Shown here piece by piece: positions 28,461 through 41,324 of a stretch of 64,000 nt of DNA. This DNA is from Octopus vulgaris (taxonomy: Eukaryota): positions 16,430,001-16,494,000 of the forward strand of contig OX597819.1 in NCBI GenBank assembly GCA_951406725.2, written 5' to 3'. The notes below the pieces were generated by a model. The model made no database searches. It saw only the letters and a list, made by a program, of their open reading frames with translations, and was not told the DNA's origin. The first letter of the stretch is position 1. Each line of letters begins with the position of its first letter. A program made the translations under genes and the position numbers.

Positions 28461-29464
28461 CCCACAAAACTGGGAGATCTTTCGAAAAAAGAAATTTTCC
28501 TCTCACAGAGGACAAAAGTAATTAATTTTTTAAATGCTCGCAGTCCTAGGTTCAAATCCCACCCCCGTTGGGGTGGGGGTGGGGGGTGAGACGTAGCAAC
28601 AAAGTCTACGACGATTTGAAATTATTTTCCACTACAACGAAATCCCCAAAAAGGGAAACCTATATTTTTTCCAAAACAGTTCAAATCTCGCCCGTGCTAC
28701 GGGTGGATGTCACAATAGAGCCTACAATGGCTAAAACTAAATTTTTCCACAATAACAATTTGCTATCCCAAAAACGGGAAGCCTATAATATTTTTTTTTC
28801 CTCTTAATAAGGATAACAGTTCAATTGCCACCCCCGCCGGTTGGGGGGGGGGGCACAACAATAAAGCCTACAACGGCTTTAACAAGTTCAACAATATTAA
28901 TAATTCAATATTAATTATTTTTTTTTTGTCTTACAACAATTACTTTTTCCCGTCACCGGGAAGAAAGCACAAAAGTTCACAAAAATATTCAACAATAAAC
29001 AGCAGAAAAATTATCCGTGTGACTCACCGCAAAAAAAAAAAACACATCCGAACACGTCGGAGGTTAGCAAGCTACTTACCACACAGCCACTCCTGCGCCT
29101 ATCTTTATTTCTATTTAATTTTATTTATAATTATGACTTCAGTTGTTCCCTTTTTCAATTACTAACCATCCCCACCAAAGCAGTCTCCTGTTGCTATGAT
29201 TTCTTTTCCTATAATTCTAATTGTCATGTTTTTCAGTAACTTTCCGCATTTTATGAATACCTCTCTCAATCATCATTTATTCTTTAAATGTTTTTTTATA
29301 TTATTCTATATTTTCAAACTTCTTACGAATTCAAACCTACTTCAGACATATTCGAACCCGTTAGAAAACCATTCACAATATTGTATCACGGAAAAACTTT
29401 CTCTCTGTAGCGAGATAGGTATATGTAAACATACCAAGTCAATTGGCAGAGTAGCCCAATCAGA

Positions 29465-29512
29465 TTGGTGAATGCATGTACTTCGGAGTGGTTATCTCCT
29501 CTTCAGCACCAA
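29465..29512 (-). ncRNA. Degenerate hammerhead motif
   Basis: TTGGTG-CTGAAGA-GGAG..CTCC-GAAG-TACATGCA-TT-CACCAA; 6-bp stem I, GAAA mutated. Confidence 0.5.
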
Positions 29513-29625
29513 AATCGAAAAGGCAGACGCTGTGAACTGACAAGAGAGACAGGTCGCCCTTATTATATTTCTGTCATCGTACGTGACTGGTTGCGCTAAT
29601 CGGCGAGTCATCGTAAATAAAATAC

Positions 29626-29782
29626 GGAATGAAAGCGCTAAGCAATGATGTGTCTAAATATAAAGTCGATACCAGTTTAAATACAGTGAATAGTGTTTTT
29701 ACAGGTTTGAATATGCCTCAAGCATATTTGAACTGGTAACAAGTTTGTATTTAGACACCTCACTGCTCAGCGCTTTCATTCC
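29626..29782. repeat. Imperfect fold-back (MITE-like) inverted repeat
   Basis: GGAATGAAAGCGCT...AGCGCTTTCATTCC arms of ~60 bp. Confidence 0.7.
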
Positions 29783-30669
29783 TTATTTTCTTCCATATTT
29801 TGTTAACTACACTGCTACATACTCATATTTTGTCCATTCCCCTTCTGTTATTCATTCATTTTAGCTCTCATATCATTATCTATTTATTTATTCATTGAAC
29901 TATTTATGTCTTTAAATGTTACTTTTCTATTGATTTTCCCATTGACCATTCCAATTTCGAATTTCATTCTCTCCTGGTCATTTCATCTTCTTCCTCTTAT
30001 TATCATCTTTCTCCCTCTCCCTTTTCTCTTTTCTTTTCCTATTTTTTCTTTTGTTTTTTTTTACTCTCCTTTCGTATTTTTTTCTTCTTCCATTTCCCAC
30101 TTTCCTTTCTTTTACTCTTTTTTCCCTTTCTTTCCATTTATTTCTTCAACTCTCTTTCCTTTTTCCTCTTTCTTTCTTTCTTCCTTCCCCATCACTAATC
30201 ATACCTTCTCACTGTCACGACATCCTTTGATAAGAAAACTATATATAGAGATATGCAAATCCCATCAACTTCCAATCAAAACTTACTTGAAGACCATGAG
30301 AACCCACAGGCAAGACTCCATGGGCTTTCGACCATTCTCATCATTTTAACATGCACATCTTTTCTCTCCTCCCTACCTACTTAATACTACCACTACATTT
30401 TCAAGATTTCATTCACACCACAAGACCCCTTTGAACGAACAGCACATGGAATCTACGTCTCCACACTTTCCATTTGTAATGACAAAATATGAACTCCTAC
30501 CGGAATTTACATACCATGGACAGGAAGCATTCCTACCACTTCTACACACCACATTCCTTGGATAATGGAACTGCAACTATAACATCCTACATATATTTTA
30601 ATTTTTACTTTTAGTCTCTTATTTCCCTTTATATTTCTTAGTCCCATTATCAAATAAATATATATATAT

Positions 30670-31072
30670 ATAGGTGCAGGAGTAGCTTGCTAACCAACCA
30701 CATGGTTCCGGGTTCAGTCCCACTGCGTGGCATCTTGGGCAAGTGTCTTCTGCTATAGCCCCGGGCCGACCAATGCCTTGTGAGTGGATTTTGTAGACGG
30801 AAATTGAAAGAAGCTCGTCGTATATATGTATATATATATGTGTGTGTGTGTTTGTGTGTTTGTGTTTGTCCCCCTAGCATTGCTTGACAACCGATGCTGG
30901 TGTGTTTACGTCCCTGTCACTTAGCGGTTCGACAAAAGACACCGATAGAATAAGTACTGGGCTTACAAAGAATAAGTGCCGGGGTCGATTTGCTCGACTA
31001 AAGGCGGTGCTCCAGCATGGCCGCAGTCAAATGACTGAAACAAATAAAAGAGTAAAAAAGAGTAAAGAGTAC
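30670..31072 (+). mobile_element. SINE family A
   Basis: Family A sequence. Confidence 0.88.
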
Positions 31073-31646
31073 ATAAAAATACGTGTATTAACTATCAATA
31101 ATCGATTATCAAATAAATATATATATAAAAATACGTGTATTAATTATAAATAATCGAAAAACATTTAACAATATTTCTTAAAATAAAAACATAACTTATC
31201 TTATCGAAGGATTTCAGTTAACAAAAAATTTAAACGTACTACGTAGAACTTAGCGTTTATAAGAAATATATCGCGTGAAAATATGGCGTAAATAGAATTT
31301 ATAGAATAAATAGATAATGAATAAGGTAGGAATGACTTATGCTGAAGTTAATGCTAGAACGGCTAGGAAATCGCTGATTAGATATAATAATAAATTGTGG
31401 GCTAGGAAGGATACTAGTGATTATTTTGATATTCCTATGGGAGCACCCGATTCTGCACAGGCAACAGATTTAGTAGGTATTTATTTATTATCGGAAGTTC
31501 AATTAGAAAAATTAAAGTTAGAGGGTGGTTTATATAGGGATGACCTTTATTAATAACTAAGAATTGCACCAATAGTACACTAGAATTATATAAGAAGAAA
31601 CTATATAGTTTTTTTAAAGATATGGATTAAATATTACTATATATAT

Positions 31647-32739
31647 TGTTACGGACCACCTGCCGTCGCTCGGTCGATCAGCGAATGTTTTCGCCACGGA
31701 AACTCGTCGGAGAGGAGAGAGAGATACAACAACAACAACAGCAGCAGCAGCACGAAGAAATACAGAGGCAACCGAGAGAGACACAAAGAGGCAAGGCAAT
31801 TGGCTACGTTAACAACTAGTTTATATGACAATCAATTGTTACAACATCAAATACATATCAGGTACATTTAAAAGAGGACATGCACGTAACAACTCAATAC
31901 ATCATACAGGTATACCACAGATCAAAGCATTTAAACATGCAGATACAATATAACCGTCCGGTAACAACACATCAAGTTCAATACATCAGCATTTCAAGAG
32001 TACACGTCCGAAGACACAGTTCTATTTCAAAACACATTAAAGGCATATACAGTTCGAAGGACATTAAAGGCCTAACAGTTCAATGTTCATTATACAATGT
32101 TCAAATCACAACACTGTACACAATGTCCTTACACATTTCACATTGTTCTTTTCACTGTCTCATTTCTTTTCAGTGTTCAATACATCGATTCCTTGTCCTT
32201 CTTTTTCTTCACATATCAATACACAATTCACGTACCTTACATTAGCCAACGCCTCATATTGTACCTCATCTCTCCCAGTACTGCTAGCGCCAACTTGCCA
32301 AACTCTTGCTCCGAATTCCCAAATCCTCGCTCCTAAAATCCCAACTGCTCGCTTTGACGACCGAATACCGACTGTCCAAAAACCTCTTGTTCTATCACTC
32401 CCCTCAATCTGTCTTAGCACTGCTAATATTCTCTCTATCTGCTCTCAGATTCCTTAATCTGCCTATCTTCATCGACGCTGCTGCTGTCACTCTCTCATGA
32501 CAGCTCTCAGATCCCTTACTCTGTCTTTCTCACTACTTTCTTCTTCCTCTTCTTCACTGTCACTAGATTCTTCCTTATTCTATCTTCTTCGGCCCCTTCT
32601 TGACCGGCGAAAGGCCAAAGGTCCCTCCAAAAGCCACTACTCTTTCAGTAAACAAAGGGCTATAACTTTTTATTCCAGACTTTCCGTCTCCAAGCCAGCA
32701 AAGTAGGTCACAATCAACTGTACCAGCTGAACCACAACA
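31647..32739. mobile_element. Solo LTR inserted in PLE RT
   Basis: TGTT...AACA termini, 4-bp TSD ATAT (31643-31646, 32740-32743); PLE coding sequence resumes afterwards. Confidence 0.8.
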
Positions 32740-34554
32740 ATATAATGAGAACTATAATTTTAGTTATTTAGATGCTAATTTTAATTTAATAACAGGTAAA
32801 ATCCAACCATTCCATAAAATTAATGAAAACCTTGGATATATTAATGTTAATAGTAATCATCCACCCTCAATTAAGAAATCGTTGACAGATAATATAGGTA
32901 AAAGAATATCGTTGCTTTCTTCTAATTTCGAGATTTTCCAAAAACATGCACCTTATTATAATGAAGCCCTGCGGGAGGCGAGATATGATAGTAATATTAA
33001 ATTCTTTAATGATTCTAAATATGATTATAATATAAAAGATTTTAATATAAATGTTTCCCATTGTTTTTATAATAAACCTAACATTAAGAATTATGATACG
33101 TTTTATTTAGGTAATTATGGTATTAATAATATGTATTATGATAATACAAAACATAAATATAATAATAGACTAAAAATAAGATTAAATTCAATTCATTTAA
33201 TGATAATAATAAATTTAATAATATAAAAAATAAATATGATAATATTAATAATCAGAACAAAATTGGTTAATTATTCCTTAGGGAGCTCAAGTTAAAACAA
33301 ACATTATTAAAGAGATTTTAAATATAATTGAAGTATGCATTAGAGATAAAAAAAATCATAATAACATGTTTCCTAATAATAATTTTGGAGTTGGTTATTC
33401 AACTACTAATAATGTTGGAAACATTATTTCTTCTTTTAATAAATTTAAGCCGTATAAGTTTTACAAAAACAAATCAAATAATTATTCCAATAATAATAAT
33501 AATAAAGACCAGAATATAATTAATTGGACATGAAGAGATAAAACTAAATGTAACAATAATAATAAATGTAATTTCGATCATGTAGTATATAAATGTGTTG
33601 TGACTTTGATGATAATGATAGGAATGGTTATAATTTAAGTGCGATTTACATAGGGTCGACTTCTAATAAAATTAAATTAGGGGTGGCTCAACACATGAAT
33701 TCTTTTAAGAGTAGAAATTTAATTAATTCTACTGGCCTTAGTAAATATACATGGGAACTAAAATCTAAAAATATTAAGTACAATTTAAATTGGGAGATAG
33801 TTTGTAAGGAAAAATCATATTGAATAGGTAGTAATTTTTGTTTATTATGTACTAACGAATTTATGGAGATATTATTAACTAATAACAAAAATTTGGTTAA
33901 TTCACTTATTAAATTACTTATATAATAAGTTTAGCTAATTTGTGTGTATATATATAAACCCTGCTTTATGTTATTAATTGGTGTAGTTATAATTTGTAGT
34001 AGTAAAATGTGTATAAATTAGCACGGGATTATATAGTCTGTATTACATAATTAGAAGAAGTTGAAAATTAGATATTTAGCAAAATAAATTAATTAATTAA
34101 TGAAAATAGATTAAATTATAGAATTTTAGTTTAATTTATGTTTATTATATTATGTATTTTACGTATTTAGTATTTAAATTATTTAGACTTTACAATTTTT
34201 CCAGTTAATAGTATATTAAAGTTAATTTTTTCTCCTTATTCTTACAGCTAAAATACATTTGTAATTTTAATTTTAATAGCTTAAATACATATTTCTATCT
34301 GTTTCTTCTATAAATTCAATTTACGCCATATTTTCACGCGATATATATATATATATACACGCTAATTTCTACGTTTTACGTTTAAATTTTTAGCTAACGA
34401 ATATCCTTCGATAAGATAAGTTATATTTTTATTTTAAGAAATATTGTTAAATGTTTTTCGATTATTTATAGTTAATACACGTATTTTTTTAAATATATTT
34501 ATTTGATAATCAGCATAAGTTAAGATAAATACATTTATTCTATTATTATTATTA

Positions 34555-34624
<70 letters not shown>

Positions 34625-34633
34625 TATTATTTT

Positions 34634-34753
34634 AGACCTGGTGAGTGACTATATTTTTAAATCGAATTAATTTTAGATCGATTTAATTTTAAATCGAATT
34701 GATTTTATTATTATTATCTATTTGAAAATATAGCCATGAAATGCGCGTAGTCT
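34634..34753 (+). ncRNA. Hammerhead motif with ~90-nt stem II (core mutated CTGGTGA)
   Basis: AGAC-CTGGTGA-GTGACTATATTTT...AAAATATAGCCAT-GAAA-TGCGCG-TA-GTCT; paralog at ~20262 has CTGATGA. Confidence 0.6.
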
Positions 34754-34991
34754 TTTTACTACTATTTACTATTTATTGTTTTTGTACTTTATTTTTAGAA
34801 TAAGTTTTTTTTATAGTATATGTTTTCTATATGGTGTGAATAACATCCTTCATCATTGAATTTTTTAATAGAGGTTTTTCTCTAAATTATATACATTTAT
34901 TATAAATTGTGAAATTTGATTTAGAATTGCTAAATTGAATTTTTCCGTGTAAGTTTGGTATTATATTCCCTACTATTACTATTATAAATAA

Positions 34992-35034
<43 letters not shown>

Positions 35035-35039
<5 letters not shown>

Positions 35040-35757
35040 GCAAAGGGCTTCTATTAATTTCCGGCTACCAAATCCACTCACAAGGCTTTGGTCGGTCCAA
35101 GGCTATAGTAGAAGACACTTGCTGAAGGTGCCATGCAGTGGTTGGTAAGCAACCATGTGGTTGGTAAGCAAGCTTCTTACCACAGAGCCACTACTGCGCC
35201 TGATACTCACAAAATTAAACAACTGGTGAAGGAATCAATATTAAAACTACAACAAAATGCTAAAATGAACACACAGGTAACCTACACTCGTTATAGACGC
35301 AAAATGAAATTCTTGTTGAAGGAAAACGGTTGACGGTGAAATATTCAAACTACGGCGATAATGTGATAGAAAGAAAACGTCTATCGCATTGCTGTAGAAG
35401 TGGAAAGTGTTTCTGAACAACACCAGTACCAACCGTTTTAGATTCAGAGTGATGACATCTTGGAGATTTAGAAACGGAGATGGACTTTCGAACATTACAA
35501 CTCCAAAGAAAAATAATTCGACTGTCAAGTTTATAAATACATTTAGAGTTTGTCGCAATATTTAGACACACACGTTTGGCTGCGCCCATGCTGCAGCACC
35601 GCCTTTAGTCGAGCAAATTGACCCCAGGACTATTCTTTGTAAGCCTAGTACTTATTCTATCGGTCTCTTTTGTCGAATCGCTAAGTTCCAGGGACGTAAA
35701 CACACCAACATCGGTTGTCAAGCGATCGTGAGGGGACAAACACAGATATACAAATAC

Positions 35758-35823
<66 letters not shown>

Positions 35824-35917
35824 GACGGGCTTCATTCAGTTTCCGTCTACCAAATGCACTTACAAGGCTTTGGTCGGCCCAAGGCTATAGTAGAAAACAC
35901 TTGCCCAAGGTGCCACA
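35035..35917 (-). mobile_element. Two partial SINE family A copies (35035-35200, 35575-35917)
   Basis: Family A sequence. Confidence 0.8.
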
Positions 35918-36103
35918 TAAACTTGGTCATTCTTGGACTTTACTCATAGGATATTGGAATATTGCATATATACCATTATGCCTAAAAAATGGATTTACAA
36001 CTTCAATATCCATACATATCCCACATCTATTTTCTTTCCTCCACCTCATTCTCTATGTTGTATCACATCTAAACTAACTATGACTTAACTATCCTCTCAC
36101 GCC

Positions 36104-36156
36104 GTCTCCGATGAAGGGATATTATTAATAAATATCCTAGAAACAGCTGTAAAGAC
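36104..36156 (+). ncRNA. Hammerhead motif (U4C variant)
   Basis: GTCT-CCGATGA-AGGGATATT..AATATCCTA-GAAA-CAGCTG-TA-AAGAC; palindromic stem III. Confidence 0.65.
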
Positions 36157-36310
36157 ATCTATCTATAAATGATTGATTGATTGATTGATTCTAGTTTCAG
36201 CTCATGAGCTGTGGCCATGCTGGGGCACCGCCATTTAAATGCTCTAATATCTACACAGCCTTGGGTTTTTATTTTATTACGCAAAAAAATTCTCTTATAA
36301 ATAAATATAT

Positions 36311-37212
36311 TTCGGCCTGAAAAAGACAGAGATCATGGGCCAGGACGTCGGAGGGTCCCCAGCATCAGTGTCAGCGACCACAGCTTGCAGGTGGTGAACG
36401 TGAACGAATTCACTTACCTGGGATCGACGGTCTCCAGCAGCCTGTCCCTCGAGCCGGAGCTGAACAGACGGATTGGGAAGGCTGCTGCTGCCATGGCTAA
36501 GCTCTCCAGGAGAGTGTGGGAAAACAACATGCTCACAATAACCACCAAGATCGCAGTGTAACGAGCCTGCGTGCTGAGCACCCTACTCTACGGCAGCGAG
36601 AGATGGACAACATACACCCGGCAAGAATGCCGCCTCAGCGGCTTCCACATGCGGTGTCTTCGACGGATCCTTGGCATCTCCTGGAAGGACCGAGTACCAA
36701 ACGGAGTCATCCTAGAACAGACTAATATGCCAAGCATGTATGCCCTCCTCGTGCGGAGACGACTGCGCTGGCTCGGACACGTCTGCCGCATGCAGGACGG
36801 TCGCATGCCTAAAGACATCCTGTACAGCGAACTCACCACGGGATCCCGACCCAAGGGACGTCCACAGCTACGATACAGAGATGTGTGCAAGCGCGACCTG
36901 AGGACTGCCAACATCTGTGTGGACACGTGGGAGGTAACAGCTGCTGACCGCTCTGCCTGGCGTCGGACAGTGAGGAAAGGCGTTTCCATGGCTGAGGAAA
37001 GGAGAGCACAGCTGTGGTCGGACAGGCGGGACAGGAGGAGGACAACTGCAGCAACACCCCACACGTATCCATCGATGTTCGTGTGCAGCAACTGTACCAG
37101 GGACTGCCACTCTAGAATTGGACTGTTCAGTCACAGCAGACGCTGCTCATCATCAAAGTAGGCCCCACCCTTGGCGCGACCCATTGTCTATCAAGACAGA
37201 CGGGAAAAAGAG

Positions 37213-37215
<3 letters not shown>
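36311..37215 (+). mobile_element. 5'-truncated RTE-clade LINE (BovB-like 3' end)
   Basis: FTYLGS, LSTLLYGSERW, RRRLRWLGHVCRM, GRPQLRYRD, C..C.RDCHSRIGLFSH..RC. Confidence 0.9.
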
Positions 37216-37246
<31 letters not shown>

Positions 37247-38002
37247 GCATATGTATGTACGTATATATATATATATATATGTATGACCTTTCTGTCCCCT
37301 CCCTTTCTCAGCCTTCATTCTTTCTGGTTTCCTTTTCTTCTACCTTACTGTCTCTCCCTCTCTCTCATTCTTCATTCTTTCTGGTTTCCTCACAAACATT
37401 CCCTTTTTTTCTCTCCCTTTCTCTTGCTCCTCCTCCTCCTTCCCGTCGTTGACCCGCGACGAGAGCTCTGCTACTGTCTTTCTGGCCTGACTTCCTTGAA
37501 GTGTGGACGGCATTTTCTGTTGTTCCTTCGCCGTTCTCAAAAATAGCGTTCGAAATACTTTTTCTCGTTCGGCTTAACAGCCCTTCTTGTCTTGTTATTC
37601 TCCTTGTCCTGTCTTTTACTGTTTATATTTTGTACTGTCGTTACTGTCCTGTTTTTGTTACCATTTTTACCCCTCCGCAAAAAGATCTCAAATTTTATTT
37701 AATTTGCTTTTCGCGGGAAGGAAAGTTTCTATCGAAGATGCGTATCGCCTTCACCTTCGAAACGCAGAGTAGATGAAACCATGGCGACTGAAGAAGGGGA
37801 ATTTTCCTTGTGTTATTTGTCCTGTACACTATTTTTTTTTAAGAAAAATGTCCAGTTCCTTGGTTTTGTGTTTGTGTTTTCGTTTCTCATTGTGTTCGAC
37901 GTTTTTTTGGTGTCCTGTACCCATATATGCGTGTATATATACATGTAGAGGTAGGTACGTACATATATGTATGTATATATGCATATGTTTTATTTATTAA
38001 TT

Positions 38003-38047
<45 letters not shown>

Positions 38048-38049
<2 letters not shown>

Positions 38050-38929
38050 GGGTGCGATGGGTAAATTGTCATCATTTTATATTTTTAATTTCGCGCATGT
38101 ACATTGTTTTTGATTTTGTCGACTATACATATAGTAGGGTTAGATGGGCACCGTCTGTGAGAAAAACAGCACCATGACGCAATTCATTCTGCTAGAAATT
38201 TGGAAACGACATGCTGTACTACTTGGTGTTTACGCCGGAAGCTCCAATGAACATTTCAGAGTGCTTAGGTGTCAATCTGCAAACAGAACAATCTGAGGAC
38301 ATGTACTGAGAGTGATAAAAATCAAACATCCAGTGAACATCATGGTGTTTGGAGTGATCACTAGTGATGGCAACATTATGCCTTCATTCATCTTCCCGCA
38401 TGGCCTCAGACTCAACATGGAGATCTACATTAAATGCCTAGAGGAAGTAGAGCTGTCCTGGGTGAAGAAGGTGGCTACTGGAAGACCCTATGTCTAGCAA
38501 CAGGACTTTGCACTATGACACACAATTAGGAGAACCCAGTCATGGCTGTCAGACAATTTCTGCGACCACATCACCCCTAACATCTGACAACCTAACTCTC
38601 CTGACCGCAACCCTCTTGATTATTATGTGTGATGCACAGTTGAGCGAGAAACCAACAAAACTCCTTGTAACACCAAAGATAAACTGAAAGCAAGGATTAT
38701 GGCAGCATTCACCAACTTAAACAAGAAAACCATTCAGAAGAATTGCAGGAAATTCTGAAGTCGTCTGGAGGCTGTGGTTGAAGCCAATGGCGATTTTATT
38801 GAATAAGTTTAATCTTTAGTATTTCAAGATATTTTTATGTAATTTTGGTAAATATATCTGTTAAAATGAGTTATCAGTGTTATTTTCATTTTGGCGTAAT
38901 TTAGATGACAGTTTATTCACCGCACCCTG
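38048..38929 (+). mobile_element. Internally deleted maT/DD37D-type Tc1/mariner element
   Basis: TA|CAGGGTGCG...CGCACCCTG|TA termini; IMVFGVITSDG, QQD, PNSPDRNPLDY motifs. Confidence 0.85.
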
Positions 38930-38937
38930 TATATGTA

Positions 38938-38979
<42 letters not shown>

Positions 38980-38980
<1 letters not shown>

Positions 38981-40779
38981 CATGACACGACTTTGGAAAG
39001 CTAAGTAAACTGATTGTTAATATGATTCTATAATTATTTAGTTGTTTAAGATATGTATATAATTATTAGATTATAACTGCGCGTTATTTGTAAGATATTA
39101 CTTAGCCAAAGAGATAGATATATAGATCGTAAATAATTATACGATTTTTTAAAGTTAGTTTACTAGTTTATAATTTGATTTTAATCTTTCATTTTTAAAT
39201 TTATCTCATACATATATTATATTAATATTTAATATTTGTGTAAGTAGTATTGGATTAATTAATTCATTTATTTTTCATTATATGTCTATATATTTATTGA
39301 TAGCGTAAATTTTAGATTTTAATTACTATATTTGTTGATAATAATTTAGTTATTATTTTTTAAATATTTTATAATTATTAGATGTGAACTTAAATCTAAA
39401 AATATGAATAATGATTATTTAGTTAAATAATTTGGTAATTAGATATTGGACTATAACTTAGTTAAGGTTATTCGTGAGTTTATTATGTGTTTTTAAACCA
39501 TATTATATCTTCATAGATATCTCTAATAGTGACTTTGTTCTCTTTATCTATTATAGTTATAATATAGCCATTTTTTCCATTGATAATATTCATTCGTAAT
39601 TTTCATTGATAAAATATATTCGTAGTTTTCATTGTTAAAAGAATTTTCCATCTGTTTATTATAATTGTAGTTAATGACACGATTTTTGAAAGCTAAGTAA
39701 ACCTTTTCTATTAAAGTTATTTTAATAAGTTATGTTATATTGTATGGTATTGGATACTATATAACTACTGATTGTTAATTTGATTCTATAATTATTTAGT
39801 TGTTGAAGATATGTATTTCATTATTAGATTATAACTGTACGTTATTTGTAAGTTATTACATAGCCAACGAGATATATAAATCGCTAAATAGTTATACGGT
39901 TCTTTTAAGATAGGTTATACGTTTATAATTTGCTTTTTCATCTTTAATTTCTTAATATATTTCATAAATATATTATATTCATATTTACGTAAGTAATAAT
40001 GGACTAATTAATTAATTTATTTTTCATTATATGTCTATATATTTATTGATAGAGTAAATTTTAGATCTTAATTATTATATTTATTGATAATAATTTAGTT
40101 ATTATTCTTAAATAGTTTAAAATTATTAGATGTGAACTTAAATTTAAAAATATGAATAGTGATTATTTTGTTAAATAATTTGGTAATTAGATACTGACTA
40201 TAACTGAGTTAAGGATATTCGTGAGTTTATTATGTTTTTTAAAGCCATATTATATCTTAATAGATAAATACATTTTTCTATCTATTTTTTTACCTTAAAA
40301 ATTAATATTTAACATAATAAATGGGTTGTATGACATAATCCTAATGTTTTAAGTTTCTAATTTGATAATAGAGTTTTTTTATAAGAAAAATTATTTTATT
40401 TATTTCTTTAAAAAATATTGTTTAACTCTATTTGCTTATTTATTTAACTATTATCATTAACCTGAAGATTGACTATAATTTTAATTCGAATTTTCAATTG
40501 AATTTAAACTTAATTGTAATTAGAATTGAATTATAGCCATGAAACGTACGTAGTGTTTTTACTTATATTATATTTATCTTTTTTATACTTTTTGGTTAGT
40601 TATTAAAAAAATTTTTAAGTTTAAAAATTAAAAAATATAAAAATTTATAAATATAAATTTAAAATTTTATATTTTATATATATATTGTATGTTAATTATA
40701 TTTATTTTTTTGTTTTTTATGTTTTGGTTTATGTCTAACACTGTTTGAGTTGCCTAATAGTGGTTTTATCTCTAATTTA

Positions 40780-40780
<1 letters not shown>
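38980..40780 (+). mobile_element. Very AT-rich PLE-tail-like repeat with ~700-bp tandem duplication and terminal HHR
   Basis: ATGACACGA..GAAAGCTAAGTAAAC at 38982 and 39674; 3' end matches 7500-7735. Confidence 0.7.
40455..40557 (+). ncRNA. Hammerhead motif with extended stem II
   Basis: CTGAAGA-TTGACTATAATT...AATTATAGCCAT-GAAA-CGTACG-TA-GTG; stem I is weak. Confidence 0.6.
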
Positions 40781-40813
<33 letters not shown>

Positions 40814-40861
40814 GTAAAGGTGTATTTCTCCATTTTCTTATATATATATATATATATATAA

Positions 40862-40899
<38 letters not shown>

Positions 40900-41324
40900 T
40901 TTTCCCTTGTTAACAAATAACACGGAAAAAATAGATAAATAGTTACCAGGGTAGCAAAATATCACACAAGTAAAGAGGTTGTAACTCCTTGTTTTTAAAG
41001 GTAGAAACTTTGGGTTTACGAGGAATTTTTTGTATAATATATAAATAAATGGTCGGAAGTAAAAGTATTTGAATTATACCTACGTTAAACTCCATTTATA
41101 TATATATATATATATCATTACTTTTGTCTGCTTTCCCTGCTATTAGAATCAGTATGTATTTGGTGTTGGAGATCAGTACCTCACCTGCATTTCATGTTTG
41201 GCATGGTTTCTATGGCTGGATGCCTTTCAAAAGCCACCAACTTTACAGAGTGCAATGGGTGCATTTCTCAAGGCACCAGTGCTATAGAGGCAACTATGTC
41301 TTTCACCCGATTTTGAGGTCTCAT

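Larger units (their letters stand above)
23212..29061 (-). mobile_element. Full-length Tx1/L1-clade LINE, decayed, 16-bp TSD GGTTAGCAAGCTACTT
   Basis: TSD at 23196-23211 and 29062-29077; ORF1 with CCHC knuckle; ORF2 APE-RT-CCHC. Confidence 0.92.
22803..29101 (-). mobile_element. SINE family A split by the Tx1/L1 insertion (22803-23211 and 29062-29101)
   Basis: SINE sequence resumes exactly after the 16-bp duplication. Confidence 0.88.
31075..34885 (+). mobile_element. Decayed AT-rich Penelope-like element: inverted pLTR piece (31075-31313), RT/GIY-YIG remnant (31314-33900), 3' pLTR with HHR
   Basis: FDIPMGAPDSAQATDLVGIYLL, GLYRDD, SNHPPSI, VVYKC..IYIGST, LSKYTWELK, FCLLCTNE motifs. Confidence 0.85.

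Noticed and set aside
35200-35575. Possible transposase fragment between two SINEs
   Set aside because: No diagnostic motif
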